From assembly GCA_963713975.1 (NCBI GenBank), contig OY970218.1, forward strand, positions 2,048,001 to 2,112,000: a stretch of 64,000 nt of DNA. The letters run 5' to 3'. The stretch is from an uncultured Chloroflexia bacterium. GTDB lineage: Bacteria; Chloroflexota; Limnocylindria; Limnocylindrales; CSP1-4. This document shows positions 20,036-29,115 of this stretch, in pieces. The notes under the pieces are model-generated. The model was given only the letters and a program-made list of their open reading frames with translations. It had not been told where the DNA came from and did no database searches. Made by a program: the position numbers and the translations under genes. Within the stretch, counting starts at the first letter, position 1; each line of letters starts with the position of its first letter.

Positions 20036-20815
20036 ATGAGCGGCCTCGTCGCCCTGACCTTGGGTCCCGTCGCGCACCTCGAGCTGGTCAACCCGCCGCT
20101 CAACCTGGTCACGCGCGAGCTCCTCGAGGAGCTCGGGGAGGCACTGTCCGTGCTGGAGGCCGCGCCTGCCGGTGACATCCGTGCCGTCGTGGTCTCCGGA
20201 CGTGGCGACCGGGCGTTCTCCGCCGGGTCCCACGTCGGCGAGTTCGCCGGGCAGCGCGGAAGCGCGGGCCGCGAGCGTCTCGCGCTGGAGGCGGACACCG
20301 TGCGGCGTCTCGCGGACCTGCCGATGCCCACGGTCGCCGCCATCGAGGGCAACGCGCTGGGCGGCGGCCTGGAGATCGCCCTGGCGTGCGACATCCGGGT
20401 CGCGTCCGAGCGGGCGAGGCTGGGCCTGCCGGAGGTCCGGCTCGCAGTGATCCCGGGCGCGGGGGGCACGCAGCGTCTGCCGCGCGTGGTCGGGGTCGCC
20501 CGCGCCAAGGAGCTGATCCTCACCGGCGCCGTCCTGGATGGCCTGGAGGCGGAACGGATCGGCCTCGTCAGCCGGGCAGTGCCGGCGGGCACGGCCAGGG
20601 CCGCGGCCCTCGAGATCGCCCGGGGGATCGCCGAGCACGGCCCCCTCGCGGTCCGCGAGGCCAAGCAGCTGGTCGACGCTGCCTGGGCGTCCGACCCCGG
20701 GACGGGCCTCGCCGCCGAGCTCGAGGCATCCGTCCGAATCTTCGCGAGCGAGGACATGGTCGAGGGGGCGGACGCCTTCCTCGCCAAGCGCTCACCCACC
20801 TATCGCGGCCGATGA
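20036..20815 (+). CDS. Enoyl-CoA hydratase/isomerase
   Basis: AFSAG, GGGLEIALACD, GLPEV, PGAGGTQRL. Confidence 0.92.
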   Translation: MSGLVALTLGPVAHLELVNPPLNLVTRELLEELGEALSVLEAAPAGDIRAVVVSGRGDRAFSAGSHVGEFAGQRGSAGRERLALEADTVRRLADLPMPTVAAIEGNALGGGLEIALACDIRVASERARLGLPEVRLAVIPGAGGTQRLPRVVGVARAKELILTGAVLDGLEAERIGLVSRAVPAGTARAAALEIARGIAEHGPLAVREAKQLVDAAWASDPGTGLAAELEASVRIFASEDMVEGADAFLAKRSPTYRGR

Positions 20816-20846
20816 TCACGACCGCCCGCACGAGGAGCCATCGCCC

Positions 20847-21893
20847 ATGAGCAATGTCGGCCGGTTCGGCGTCTTCCTGCCCTCGTACATCTGGGAGGGC
20901 GACGGGCGCGAGCGCGCCCTGGGCATCAAGGCCTTCGCGCGGCGGGTCGAGGAGCTGGGCTTCGACAGCCTGTTCATCACCGACCACCTGCTGGCCGCCC
21001 GCCGGTTCTACTCGGTCAACTGGCTGGAGCCGCTGATGGCCCTGGGGGTCGCGGCCGGGGTAACCGAGCGAGTGCGCCTCGGGACGTCGATCCTGATCAT
21101 GCCCCTGCGCAACCCGGTCATCCTGGCCAAGGAGCTGGCGACCCTCCAGTTCCTGTCCGACAACCGGGTCATCCTCGGCGCGGGCGTCGGCTGGAACGAT
21201 GCCGAGTACGAGGCGGTGGGCGTCCACAAGTCGGAGCGCGGCAAGCGGACCGACGAGATGCTCGACATCATGATGCCGCTGCTCGAGGGGGAGACGGTCA
21301 CCCACCACGGCCAGTTCTACTCGATGGACGACGTGTTCATCGAGCCGCGGACGGCGCAGCGGCCGCTCCTCTGGATCGGCGGCGGGTCGCAGCTCGCCGA
21401 CCCGAAGTCGCCGGACGTGCCGAAGTTCGTCCAGTCCGTGAAGGACCGGACGGTCAAGGCCGACGGCTGGATCCCGCGCCCCACCTGCCCCCCGCAAGAC
21501 ATCGCCCGCGACTGGCAGGAGCTCCAGCTCGCGATGCGCGAGGCGGGTCGGAATCCGGCGGACACCCTCGTCGCCCACGAGAACTTCCTGCACCTCGTCA
21601 TGACCAACGACCGGGAGCGCGCCCGTGAGGAGCAGCACCGGACGTTCCTCAAGGTCATGAGCGGCGAGCGCGGGCCCGCGTACCTCGAGTCCGTCTACCT
21701 GTTCGGGACCCCGGACGAGATCATCGCGTCGCTCCAGGCTCGCGTGGACGCGGGCGTCGAGTACTTCTTCCTGCACACGATGACGCCGGATCCGGACCAG
21801 CTCCAGCTGTGGGTCGACAAGATCATCCCGAACGTCGTCTTCCCGCCGACCGCGGGCCCCGTGCGGCGCCCGCCGAGCCCCTGGCGGCGATGA
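20847..21893 (+). CDS. LLM class flavin/F420-dependent oxidoreductase
   Basis: GFDSLFITDH, LEP, RLGTSILIMPLRNP..LAKE, GAGVGW. Confidence 0.9.
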   Translation: MSNVGRFGVFLPSYIWEGDGRERALGIKAFARRVEELGFDSLFITDHLLAARRFYSVNWLEPLMALGVAAGVTERVRLGTSILIMPLRNPVILAKELATLQFLSDNRVILGAGVGWNDAEYEAVGVHKSERGKRTDEMLDIMMPLLEGETVTHHGQFYSMDDVFIEPRTAQRPLLWIGGGSQLADPKSPDVPKFVQSVKDRTVKADGWIPRPTCPPQDIARDWQELQLAMREAGRNPADTLVAHENFLHLVMTNDRERAREEQHRTFLKVMSGERGPAYLESVYLFGTPDEIIASLQARVDAGVEYFFLHTMTPDPDQLQLWVDKIIPNVVFPPTAGPVRRPPSPWRR

Positions 21894-22747
21894 CCCGCCG
21901 CGTTGGCCTCCTGGGCAAGCCGCTCCGGCGGCGGCACTCGCAGGTCATGCACGACGCAGCCTTTGACGCGGCCGGGATCGATGCCAGGTACGTGCTCCTG
22001 GAGCTGGACGAGGCCGCTGTCCCGGAGGCGGTGGCCGCTGCCCGCGGCCCGGACTGGCTGGGCCTGGGGGTCACGGCGCCGTACAAGCGGCTGGTGGCAG
22101 GCCTGTGCGACGCGGTGGACGCCGACGCCACCGCGATCGGTGCGGTCAACAACGTCGAGCGGACATCCGATGGACGCCTCGTGGGTTTCAACACCGACGC
22201 ACCCGGGTTCCGTGCGGGCGCCGAGCTCGCCATGGGCTGGCCACTGACCGGGGCCGAGATCGTGGTCTCGGGGGCCGGGGGGGCGGCACGTGCGGTCGTG
22301 TTCGCGTGCCTCCGCGCCGGCGCCAAACGCGTGACGGTCGGCAGCCGGGTGCTGACGTCCGCGGAGGCGCTCGCCGGGCAGTTCCACGGTGTCGGGCACG
22401 TGAAGGTCAAGGCCGTGACCCTGGGCGGCGCCGCCCACGCCAAGGCGCTCCGATCGGCGGACCTCGCCGTGAATGCGACCACCGTGGGCATGATCGACCC
22501 CGGGATGACGATGGACGTCAACCTGCTGCCGCCCGGCTCCACCGTGTTCGACCTCGTCTACGTCCCGGCCGAGACGCCGCTGCTCCGTGCCGCGCGCGCC
22601 CGCGGCCTCAAGGCGGCCAACGGATCCGAGATGCTGATCGCGCAGGCCGCCGCCGCCTTCGAGCGCTGGACCGGCGTCTCCGGCATGGCGGGCGTCATGC
22701 GCTCGGCCGTCGCACCGTTGCTCGCAGACGCCGGCTCGCCGGCCTGA
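21890..22747 (+). CDS. Shikimate/quinate dehydrogenase-like (AroE family, divergent)
   Basis: VTAPYK, IGAVNN, GFNTD, GAGGAARA, NATTVGM, DLVY, MLIAQA. Confidence 0.88.
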   Translation: MTRRVGLLGKPLRRRHSQVMHDAAFDAAGIDARYVLLELDEAAVPEAVAAARGPDWLGLGVTAPYKRLVAGLCDAVDADATAIGAVNNVERTSDGRLVGFNTDAPGFRAGAELAMGWPLTGAEIVVSGAGGAARAVVFACLRAGAKRVTVGSRVLTSAEALAGQFHGVGHVKVKAVTLGGAAHAKALRSADLAVNATTVGMIDPGMTMDVNLLPPGSTVFDLVYVPAETPLLRAARARGLKAANGSEMLIAQAAAAFERWTGVSGMAGVMRSAVAPLLADAGSPA

Positions 22748-22750
22748 CCG

Positions 22751-23632
22751 ATGCGCTTCGCGACGATCCTGGACGACGGGCCGCCGGTGGTCGCGGTGGT
22801 CCGCGATACCCGCTGCCTGCCTCTGCCACCGGGCGTGGCGGCGTCCGTCCGTGCCGTTGCGGGCGGGGGCGCCGCGGCCCTTGCGGCCATCACGGACTGG
22901 GCCGAAGGCCACCACGCAGCCGACTGGCGCGCGCTGGACGGGGTGAGGCTCGGGCCGGTTGTCCCGGACCCGGGGGCCATCTACACCATCGGGCTCAACT
23001 ACCGTGGGCCGGGAGATGCGCCGGGCGAGACCGAGGCCGCGTCCGCCGGTCCCGGCCGGCCGCTGGTCTACGGCAAGGCGGCGACCTCGGTGGCCGGACA
23101 CGGCTCGGTGCTGGCCTGGGACCGCTCCCTGACGGCCAACGTCGATGCCGAGGTCGAGTTGGCGGTGGTCATCGGGGAGCCCGTCTTCGCCGTCGCGCCC
23201 GCGGACGCCATGCGCCATGTGTTCGGGTACACGTGCATCAACGACGTGTCGTCGCGTGATCCCTGGCTGGATGGCGACCAGTGGCTGCTGGGCAAGTCGA
23301 TGCCGGGCTTCTGCCCCGTTGGCCCCTGGATCGTGACCAGTGACGAGATCGACCCCGCGGACCTCCGCCTGGGCTGCACGATCAACGGCGATCCCATCCA
23401 GGACGATCGCACGGCGCGGATGCGGTTCTCGGTCGCGGAGGTGATCTCGTACCTCAGCCACCACGCGTTGCTGCGCCCGGGCGATCTCATTGCCACCGGC
23501 ACGCCGGCGCGTCTCGCCGGGCCACCGGGACCTGACCGTCACCTCCGGCCCGGCGATGTCGTCACGACCTGGATCGAGCAGATCGGCGAGTTGACCATCA
23601 CCATCGGCGATGGCGAGGAGGGACCGCGATGA
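22751..23632 (+). CDS. Fumarylacetoacetate hydrolase family protein
   Basis: IGLNY, DAEVELAVVIG, NDVSSRD, GKS, ATGTP. Confidence 0.92.
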   Translation: MRFATILDDGPPVVAVVRDTRCLPLPPGVAASVRAVAGGGAAALAAITDWAEGHHAADWRALDGVRLGPVVPDPGAIYTIGLNYRGPGDAPGETEAASAGPGRPLVYGKAATSVAGHGSVLAWDRSLTANVDAEVELAVVIGEPVFAVAPADAMRHVFGYTCINDVSSRDPWLDGDQWLLGKSMPGFCPVGPWIVTSDEIDPADLRLGCTINGDPIQDDRTARMRFSVAEVISYLSHHALLRPGDLIATGTPARLAGPPGPDRHLRPGDVVTTWIEQIGELTITIGDGEEGPR

Positions 23633-24417
23633 AGCCCGCAACCGTGTTCCTGGGCGAGATGACCACCCTCGAGGTCGAGGCGTTCCTGCGGGAACATCGG
23701 ACCGTGATCGTGCCGGTGGGCTCCACCGAGCAGCACGGCCCGCATGCGCCACTCCTGACGGACGTCCTGATCCCGGTCGAGGTCGCGAGACGTGTTGCAC
23801 CGCGAGTGGGCGCGGTCGTGGCGCCGCCCGTCAACTACGCCCTGTCCTACCCCCATGCGGGCTTCACGGGCGTCGTCCACATCCGGATCCCGACCTTCAT
23901 GGCGTTGATCGAGGACCTGGCCGTCTCGCTCGCGGCCGTCGGCTTCACCCGGATCGTGTTCCTCAACGGCCACTACGACAACACGTATGCCATCGCGTAT
24001 GCCTGCGCGACCGCGGCCGAGCGCATGCCCAGCGGTGTGCGTGCCTTCCCCGTCAACTACTGGGACGGCATGACGCCGGCCGAGGCGGCGGAGTTCTTCG
24101 ATCCGACGAACGGCCTCCACGCCAACAAGGGCGAGACCTCGGCGGTCCTCGCCATCCGCCCGGATCTCGTGGACATGGACCTCGCGAACGTGGAGTTCCC
24201 GCCGTTCCCCGATGTCGCCAGCCCGGCGTCGGTGCACACGGCGTTCTTCTTCTCGGCCCCGGGATCCGTTCACCGCGCCACCGAGTCCGGCACCTGGGGC
24301 GATGCCCGCGAGTCCACGGCCGAGTTCGGCGAGCGCTACCTGGACGTCGTCGTGGCGTCCACCACCAGGGTCCTCGGCGACATCGAGCGTACCTTCGAGG
24401 CCATGCCGCCGCGGTAG
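23629..24417 (+). CDS. Creatininase family amidohydrolase
   Basis: GSTEQHGPH....TD, NGHYDN, HANKGETS. Confidence 0.9.
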   Translation: MKPATVFLGEMTTLEVEAFLREHRTVIVPVGSTEQHGPHAPLLTDVLIPVEVARRVAPRVGAVVAPPVNYALSYPHAGFTGVVHIRIPTFMALIEDLAVSLAAVGFTRIVFLNGHYDNTYAIAYACATAAERMPSGVRAFPVNYWDGMTPAEAAEFFDPTNGLHANKGETSAVLAIRPDLVDMDLANVEFPPFPDVASPASVHTAFFFSAPGSVHRATESGTWGDARESTAEFGERYLDVVVASTTRVLGDIERTFEAMPPR

Positions 24418-24483
24418 CGCGGATGGGTCCGGGATCCGTCGTTCGACTTCGACCGGGCACGCAACGGACGTGGCCGAGACGCA

Positions 24484-24542
24484 CGAAGGCGGGGCCACGT
24501 TGGCCCCGCCTTCGGTTCGTGCGAGCCTCCCCAGAGGCTCGC
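24484..24542. terminator. Double hairpin, probable bidirectional terminator
   Basis: cgaaggcggggcca-cgt-tggccccgccttcg and gcgagcctc-ccca-gaggctcgc between convergent genes. Confidence 0.7.
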
Positions 24543-24552
24543 CGGGTGGGTA

Positions 24553-25080
24553 TCAGCTGGACGGCGGCAGGATCACCGCGTCGATCACGTGGATCACGCC
24601 GTTGGAAGCCTCGACATCGGTTGTGACGACCTTGGCGCTGTCGTTGAGGTAGACGGTCCCATCCTTGACCGCGATCGTGATCGCCGGTCCTGCGACGGAG
24701 TCGGCGGAGGTCAGGCCGACGACCTGGTCTGCGGTCACCTTGCCCGAGACCACGTGGTACAGCAGGATCTGCTTGAGGGCTTCGGGGTCGGCCAGCAGGC
24801 CATCGAGCGTGCCGTCGGGCAGCGCGGCGAAGGCCGCATCGGTGGGTGCGAAGACGGTGAAGGGGCCGTCGCCCTTGAGCGTGTCCACGAGACCGGCGGC
24901 CGTCGCGGCCTCGAGCAAGGTGCCGAACGAGCCAGCGGTGGTCGCCGTCTCCACGATGTCGCCCATCTCCGCCGCCATCGAGGGCTCGGGGGTCGCCGGC
25001 GCCGGCGTGGGCGCGGCGGTGGAGCAGGCGGAGACGACGATGGCGACGGCGGCCAGCGAGAGCAGGATCGTGCGCTTCAT
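24553..25080 (-). CDS. Fasciclin (FAS1) domain lipoprotein
   Basis: Lipobox [34 protein letters not shown]. Confidence 0.93.
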   Translation of the reverse strand: MKRTILLSLAAVAIVVSACSTAAPTPAPATPEPSMAAEMGDIVETATTAGSFGTLLEAATAAGLVDTLKGDGPFTVFAPTDAAFAALPDGTLDGLLADPEALKQILLYHVVSGKVTADQVVGLTSADSVAGPAITIAVKDGTVYLNDSAKVVTTDVEASNGVIHVIDAVILPPSS

Positions 25081-25272
25081 TCAGGTTCCTTTCGGGGAGC
25101 GGTTGACATGGCTTGTGGTCGTTGCTCTGGTTCGCACCGGCGAACCGTTCTGCCTCTCCTTCGGTACGAGCCCGCCGGCGGATGGGTCGGGCCGCGCCGC
25201 GCGGTCTGCCGGGTCGCCGTGATGTGCGACAGTCTTCCTGCGTCCGGAAGCCGCACAGGAGTCGTCGACGTC

Positions 25273-26499
25273 ATGAGCACACAGGCCACCCCCATCCATC
25301 CGCTCCTCGCCGCGGCCGAGGCGATCCTGCCCGACGTGATCGACGTCCGGCGGCGGCTTCACGGACGCCCGGAGATCGGTCTCCACTTGCCCGCGACCCA
25401 GGCGATGGTCGTCGAGGCACTGCGGGCGATCGGCCTCGAACCCAGGCTCGGCGAGTCCACCAGCTCGGTCGTGGTCGTCATCGAGGGGGGCCGGCCCGGG
25501 CCGACGATCCTGCTGCGCGGCGACATGGACGGGTTGCCGCTCCACGAGGACACCGGGCTCGAGTTCGCCTCCGAGGATCCCGGGACGATGCACGCCTGCG
25601 GCCACGACACGCACATGGCGATGCTCCTCGGCGCCGCCCGCCTGCTCGCCGAGCGACGCGATTTGCTTGCCGGCCGCGTCCTGCTCATGTTCCAGCCGGG
25701 CGAGGAGGGCTACCACGGCTCCCGGTTCATGCTCGAGGAAGGACTCCTGGAGGATGGTGCGCACGGTTCAGGCGGCGTCGAGCGTGCGTTCGCGATCCAC
25801 ATCGGCACCGAGTACCCGGCGGGCACCATCGCCCTGCGCCCGGGTGCGCTCCTCGCCGCCAATGACGAGATCCGGGCGACGGTCTGGGGTCGGGGCGGCC
25901 ATGCCTCTGCCCCTCACCTGGCCCTCGACCCGATCCCCACGGCGGCCGAGCTGGTGCTCGCGCTCCAGGTCGCGGTGACGCGCTCGGTCGATGCGTTCGA
26001 CCCCGCCGTGCTGTCGATCACGCGGATCAGCGGCGGGACGACCAACAACGTCATTCCCGAGACGGTCGAGATGGAGGGCACGATCCGCACCGTTTCGGCA
26101 GAGACCCGAGAGCTCATGCGCGGCCTCGTCGCCCGGGTGGCGGCGGGGGTCGCGGCGGCGCACGGGACCCGCGTCGACCTGGAGATCGAGCCCGGCTACC
26201 CGGTCACCATGTGCGATCCGGGCGTGACTGCGTGGATCCGGGCGCTGGCCATCGACCTCGCGGGCGAGGCGTCCGTGATCGACCTCGTGCAGCCGATCAT
26301 GGGTGCCGAGGACTTCTCCTACGTCACGGAGCGGGTTCCCGGCATGATGGCGTTCCTCGGGGCTCGCCCGGCATCCGAGGACCCCGCGACGGCACCCGGC
26401 AACCACTCCAACCGCGTCGTGTTCGACGAGCCGTCGATGGCGCTGGGCGTCGCCCTGTACGCCGCGGCGGCGCTCAACTTCCTCGGCAACCCGACATGA
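25273..26499 (+). CDS. M20 family amidohydrolase (hippuricase-like)
   Basis: RGDMDGLP, MHACGHD, FQPGEEG, GGHAS.PH, GAEDF. Confidence 0.93.
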   Translation: MSTQATPIHPLLAAAEAILPDVIDVRRRLHGRPEIGLHLPATQAMVVEALRAIGLEPRLGESTSSVVVVIEGGRPGPTILLRGDMDGLPLHEDTGLEFASEDPGTMHACGHDTHMAMLLGAARLLAERRDLLAGRVLLMFQPGEEGYHGSRFMLEEGLLEDGAHGSGGVERAFAIHIGTEYPAGTIALRPGALLAANDEIRATVWGRGGHASAPHLALDPIPTAAELVLALQVAVTRSVDAFDPAVLSITRISGGTTNNVIPETVEMEGTIRTVSAETRELMRGLVARVAAGVAAAHGTRVDLEIEPGYPVTMCDPGVTAWIRALAIDLAGEASVIDLVQPIMGAEDFSYVTERVPGMMAFLGARPASEDPATAPGNHSNRVVFDEPSMALGVALYAAAALNFLGNPT

Positions 26500-27023
26500 C
26501 ATTCCTTGACCTGGCCTGCCGGCGTCACAGCGTGCGCTCCTACCGCTCCCATGCCGTGCCGGACGATGCGCTGGCCACGGTGCTCGAGGCAGGCCGCGTC
26601 GCGCCGACCGCCGCCAATCGTCAGCCGATCCGGATCATCGTGATCCACACGGCCGGCCGCGAGGCGGAGCTCCGACGGATCTACGACCGCGACTGGTTCG
26701 TGCAGGCGCCGCTGCTGCTGTGCGTGTGCGCGGTGCGCGACGAGGCCTGGAGCCGCACGATGTACGACGGCCGGAGCCACGCCGACGTGGACGCCGCGAT
26801 CGTCATGGACCACATGGTCCTCGCGGCGGCGGACCTCGGGCTCGGGACCTGCTGGATCGCGGCCTTCGACCCGGCCGCCGCAAGGGAGGTCCTGGCGGTG
26901 CCCCCGGAGGGCGAGCCGATGCTGTTCTCGCCGCTGGGCTACCCGGCCGCCGACGGCGAGGCCTCCGCGCGACACCAGCAGCGCCGCCCGCTGGAGGAGC
27001 TCGTCCGCTACGAGCGCTGGTAG
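26496..27023 (+). CDS. Nitroreductase family protein
   Basis: RRHSVRSY, APTAANRQP, GLGTCW, LGYPA. Confidence 0.92.
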   Translation: MTFLDLACRRHSVRSYRSHAVPDDALATVLEAGRVAPTAANRQPIRIIVIHTAGREAELRRIYDRDWFVQAPLLLCVCAVRDEAWSRTMYDGRSHADVDAAIVMDHMVLAAADLGLGTCWIAAFDPAAAREVLAVPPEGEPMLFSPLGYPAADGEASARHQQRRPLEELVRYERW

Positions 27024-27038
27024 GCTCAGCGTCGGGGG

Positions 27039-27332
27039 CTACTCGCCTGCCACGTCTCCCTTGAAGCACGTGGTCAGCACGCCATCGACCGGGTCCGCAG
27101 GTACGGACGCCATGTTCGACTCCGGCGGGCAATCCTCGCCTTCACCGACGATGGCGATCACCTTGTGGGTGTGCGGCTCCGCGCAGGACACGACGGTGGA
27201 GCCCTCGTCGGACTGCCGGACGCACGTTCCGACGGGAAGCGGCACCTCCGGCTGGCGAAGGCCCCTGCAACCGCCGAGCGGCAGGGCCAGCACGATCACG
27301 GTCGCGACCGCCACCCTCCGCCGATCTCTCAT
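27039..27332 (-). CDS. Small Cys-rich lipoprotein (LppU-like)
   Basis: Signal peptide with LGGC lipobox; VGTCV...VSC.EPH...CP...C; GGAGG RBS. Confidence 0.7.
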   Translation of the reverse strand: MRDRRRVAVATVIVLALPLGGCRGLRQPEVPLPVGTCVRQSDEGSTVVSCAEPHTHKVIAIVGEGEDCPPESNMASVPADPVDGVLTTCFKGDVAGE

Positions 27333-27482
27333 GGTCCCTCCACGACCCTGACGGAGCGCCGGGCCGCTCACCCAAGCGCCGCCCGCTCACATGATCCCAT
27401 GCCGACGCCCGTTCGGACGATCACGAACACGGGTCGGTGACGAAGCGGCCAGGTGCGGAGGACCGGCCCAACGGATCCTCGG

Positions 27483-27610
27483 TGTGCGACAGTCTCCCTG
27501 CGTCCAGGAGCAGCACGGGAGTCGTCGACGGCATGACCACACAGGCCAACCCCACCCATCCGCCCCTCGCTGCGGCGGAATCGATCATGCCCGCGGCGGG
27601 GCCGGCGTAG
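27483..27610 (+). repeat. Diverged copy of 25223-25333 (upstream region and 5' end of the M20 gene), containing a 25-aa ORF at 27533-27610
   Basis: Ungapped 111-nt match over 27483-27593, 15 mismatches by manual count. Confidence 0.85.
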
Positions 27611-27612
27611 CC

Positions 27613-28806
27613 GTGTCGATCCCGTTCGCCCGCCGGATGGAGGAGGTCAGGCCGTCCGCCATCCGGGACCTGCTTGTGCACGGCGCCGATCCCGAGGTGA
27701 TCTCGTTCGGCGGCGGCTACCCGGATCCTGCGCTGTTCCCCCGTGAAGAGCTGGCATCGGTCTTCCAGGGCCTGCTCTCTGGCGGCGATGGTTCCGTGCT
27801 CCAGTACACAGTCTCGGACGGGCTGCCGATCCTGAGGGAGCAGATCGCGGCACGGATGACCCGTGACGGTACGGAGACCCGGGCGGGCGAGGTCCTCGTC
27901 CTCCATGGCGCACAGCAGGGCCTGGACCTGGCGGCGAAGCTCGTGCTGGATCCGGGGGACGTCGTCGTCACGGAGAACCCGACCTTCCTCGGCGCGCTGA
28001 TCGCGTTCAACCCGTTCGAGCCCGCCTATGCTCCCGTCCGCACCGACGACGACGGCATGGACATCGACGACCTGGAGCGAGTGCTGGCCCGGACGCCGCG
28101 CGCCAGGCTGCTGTACACGATGCCGGACTTCGGCAATCCCACTGGCGTCACCCTCAGCCTCGACCGCCGGCGGCGGCTGATCGAGCTCGCCAACCGGTAC
28201 AACCTGCTGGTCGTCGAGGACTCGCCGTACCGCGACCTCCGCTACGAGGGCCAATCGCTGCCCACGCTGCGGAGCCTCGACACCGAGGGACGGGTCGTCT
28301 ACCTCGGAAGCTTCTCCAAGATCCTCGTGCCCGGGATGCGGCTCGGGTGGGCGGTCGCAAGCGGCGACATCGTCTCGAGGCTGGGGCTCCTCAAGCTCGC
28401 CGCCGACACCCAGTGCAGCACCCTGAACATGGCGGCCGCATCGGCCTACCTCGAGCGCTACGACATCGACGAGCACATCGGACGCATCCGGGATGCCTAC
28501 CGGCGCAAGCGGGACCTCATGCTCGGGGTGATCGCGGCATCGTTCCCGGCCGGCGTCGCCTGCACCCGCCCGGACGGCGGGCTGTTCACCTGGCTCACGT
28601 TCCCGGACGGGTTCGACGCGACGGCCTTCCTGCGCGACGAGCTGCTGCCGAAGGCGAAGGTCGCATGGGTTCCCGGGGCCACGTTCTACCCGGGGGTGCA
28701 GGAGCCCAACCACGCGCGGGTCAACTTCTCGGGCGTGTCCGAGGAGCGGATCGTGGAGGGGATGACACGGATGGGGGACCTGCTCCGGGCGACGCTGGGG
28801 TCCTAG
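27613..28806 (+). CDS. PLP-dependent aminotransferase (LysN/ARO8-like, class I)
   Basis: PSAIR, ISFGGGYP, NPTG, EDSPY, GSFSK...PGMRLGW; start uncertain. Confidence 0.92.
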   Translation: MSIPFARRMEEVRPSAIRDLLVHGADPEVISFGGGYPDPALFPREELASVFQGLLSGGDGSVLQYTVSDGLPILREQIAARMTRDGTETRAGEVLVLHGAQQGLDLAAKLVLDPGDVVVTENPTFLGALIAFNPFEPAYAPVRTDDDGMDIDDLERVLARTPRARLLYTMPDFGNPTGVTLSLDRRRRLIELANRYNLLVVEDSPYRDLRYEGQSLPTLRSLDTEGRVVYLGSFSKILVPGMRLGWAVASGDIVSRLGLLKLAADTQCSTLNMAAASAYLERYDIDEHIGRIRDAYRRKRDLMLGVIAASFPAGVACTRPDGGLFTWLTFPDGFDATAFLRDELLPKAKVAWVPGATFYPGVQEPNHARVNFSGVSEERIVEGMTRMGDLLRATLGS

Positions 28807-28859
28807 CAGGGGTCGGCCCTGCAGATCGCCGTCCGGCGGTCCCACGGCCCCGGGTCTGC

Positions 28860-29048
28860 GGTCCGGATATCACCAGCAGTGCTATGTGCCCGAATATGTG
28901 GCCTTTGCTCGCCTGTATCCACGCGGTCGGGTCACCCCGCGGCACGTCCCGAGCACGGATCGTGCTCGACGGGCGGCCGGTGACCCTGATCCCGGGCAAC
29001 GAAACGCGAGTCTTGCGGCCCGCTAGCACCAGCGGTGATATCCAGGCC
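28860..29048 (+). ncRNA. Candidate ~190-nt rod-like structured RNA or miniature palindromic element
   Basis: Nested inverted segments: ggatatcacc/ggtgatatcc, gtgcta/tagcac, ttgctcg/cgggcaa, gggtcacc/ggtgaccc, cgagcacg/cgtgctcg. Confidence 0.4.
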
Positions 29049-29115
29049 CCAAGGCCGACGGCCGTTCCAGGCGCGGCCCTGGCACGCGCCCCGGCACGCG
29101 CCCCGGCCAGCGGCT

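Noticed and set aside
6513-24417. Mycofactocin or other RiPP cluster (radical SAM/SPASM, creatininase, GMC)
   Set aside because: The radical SAM protein has sulfatase-maturase motifs and sits beside a sulfatase; no MftA/MftB-like ORFs were found.
28980-29010. Hammerhead ribozyme (ctgat...gaaac)
   Set aside because: The core needs CUGANGA; the sequence reads CUGAUCC.
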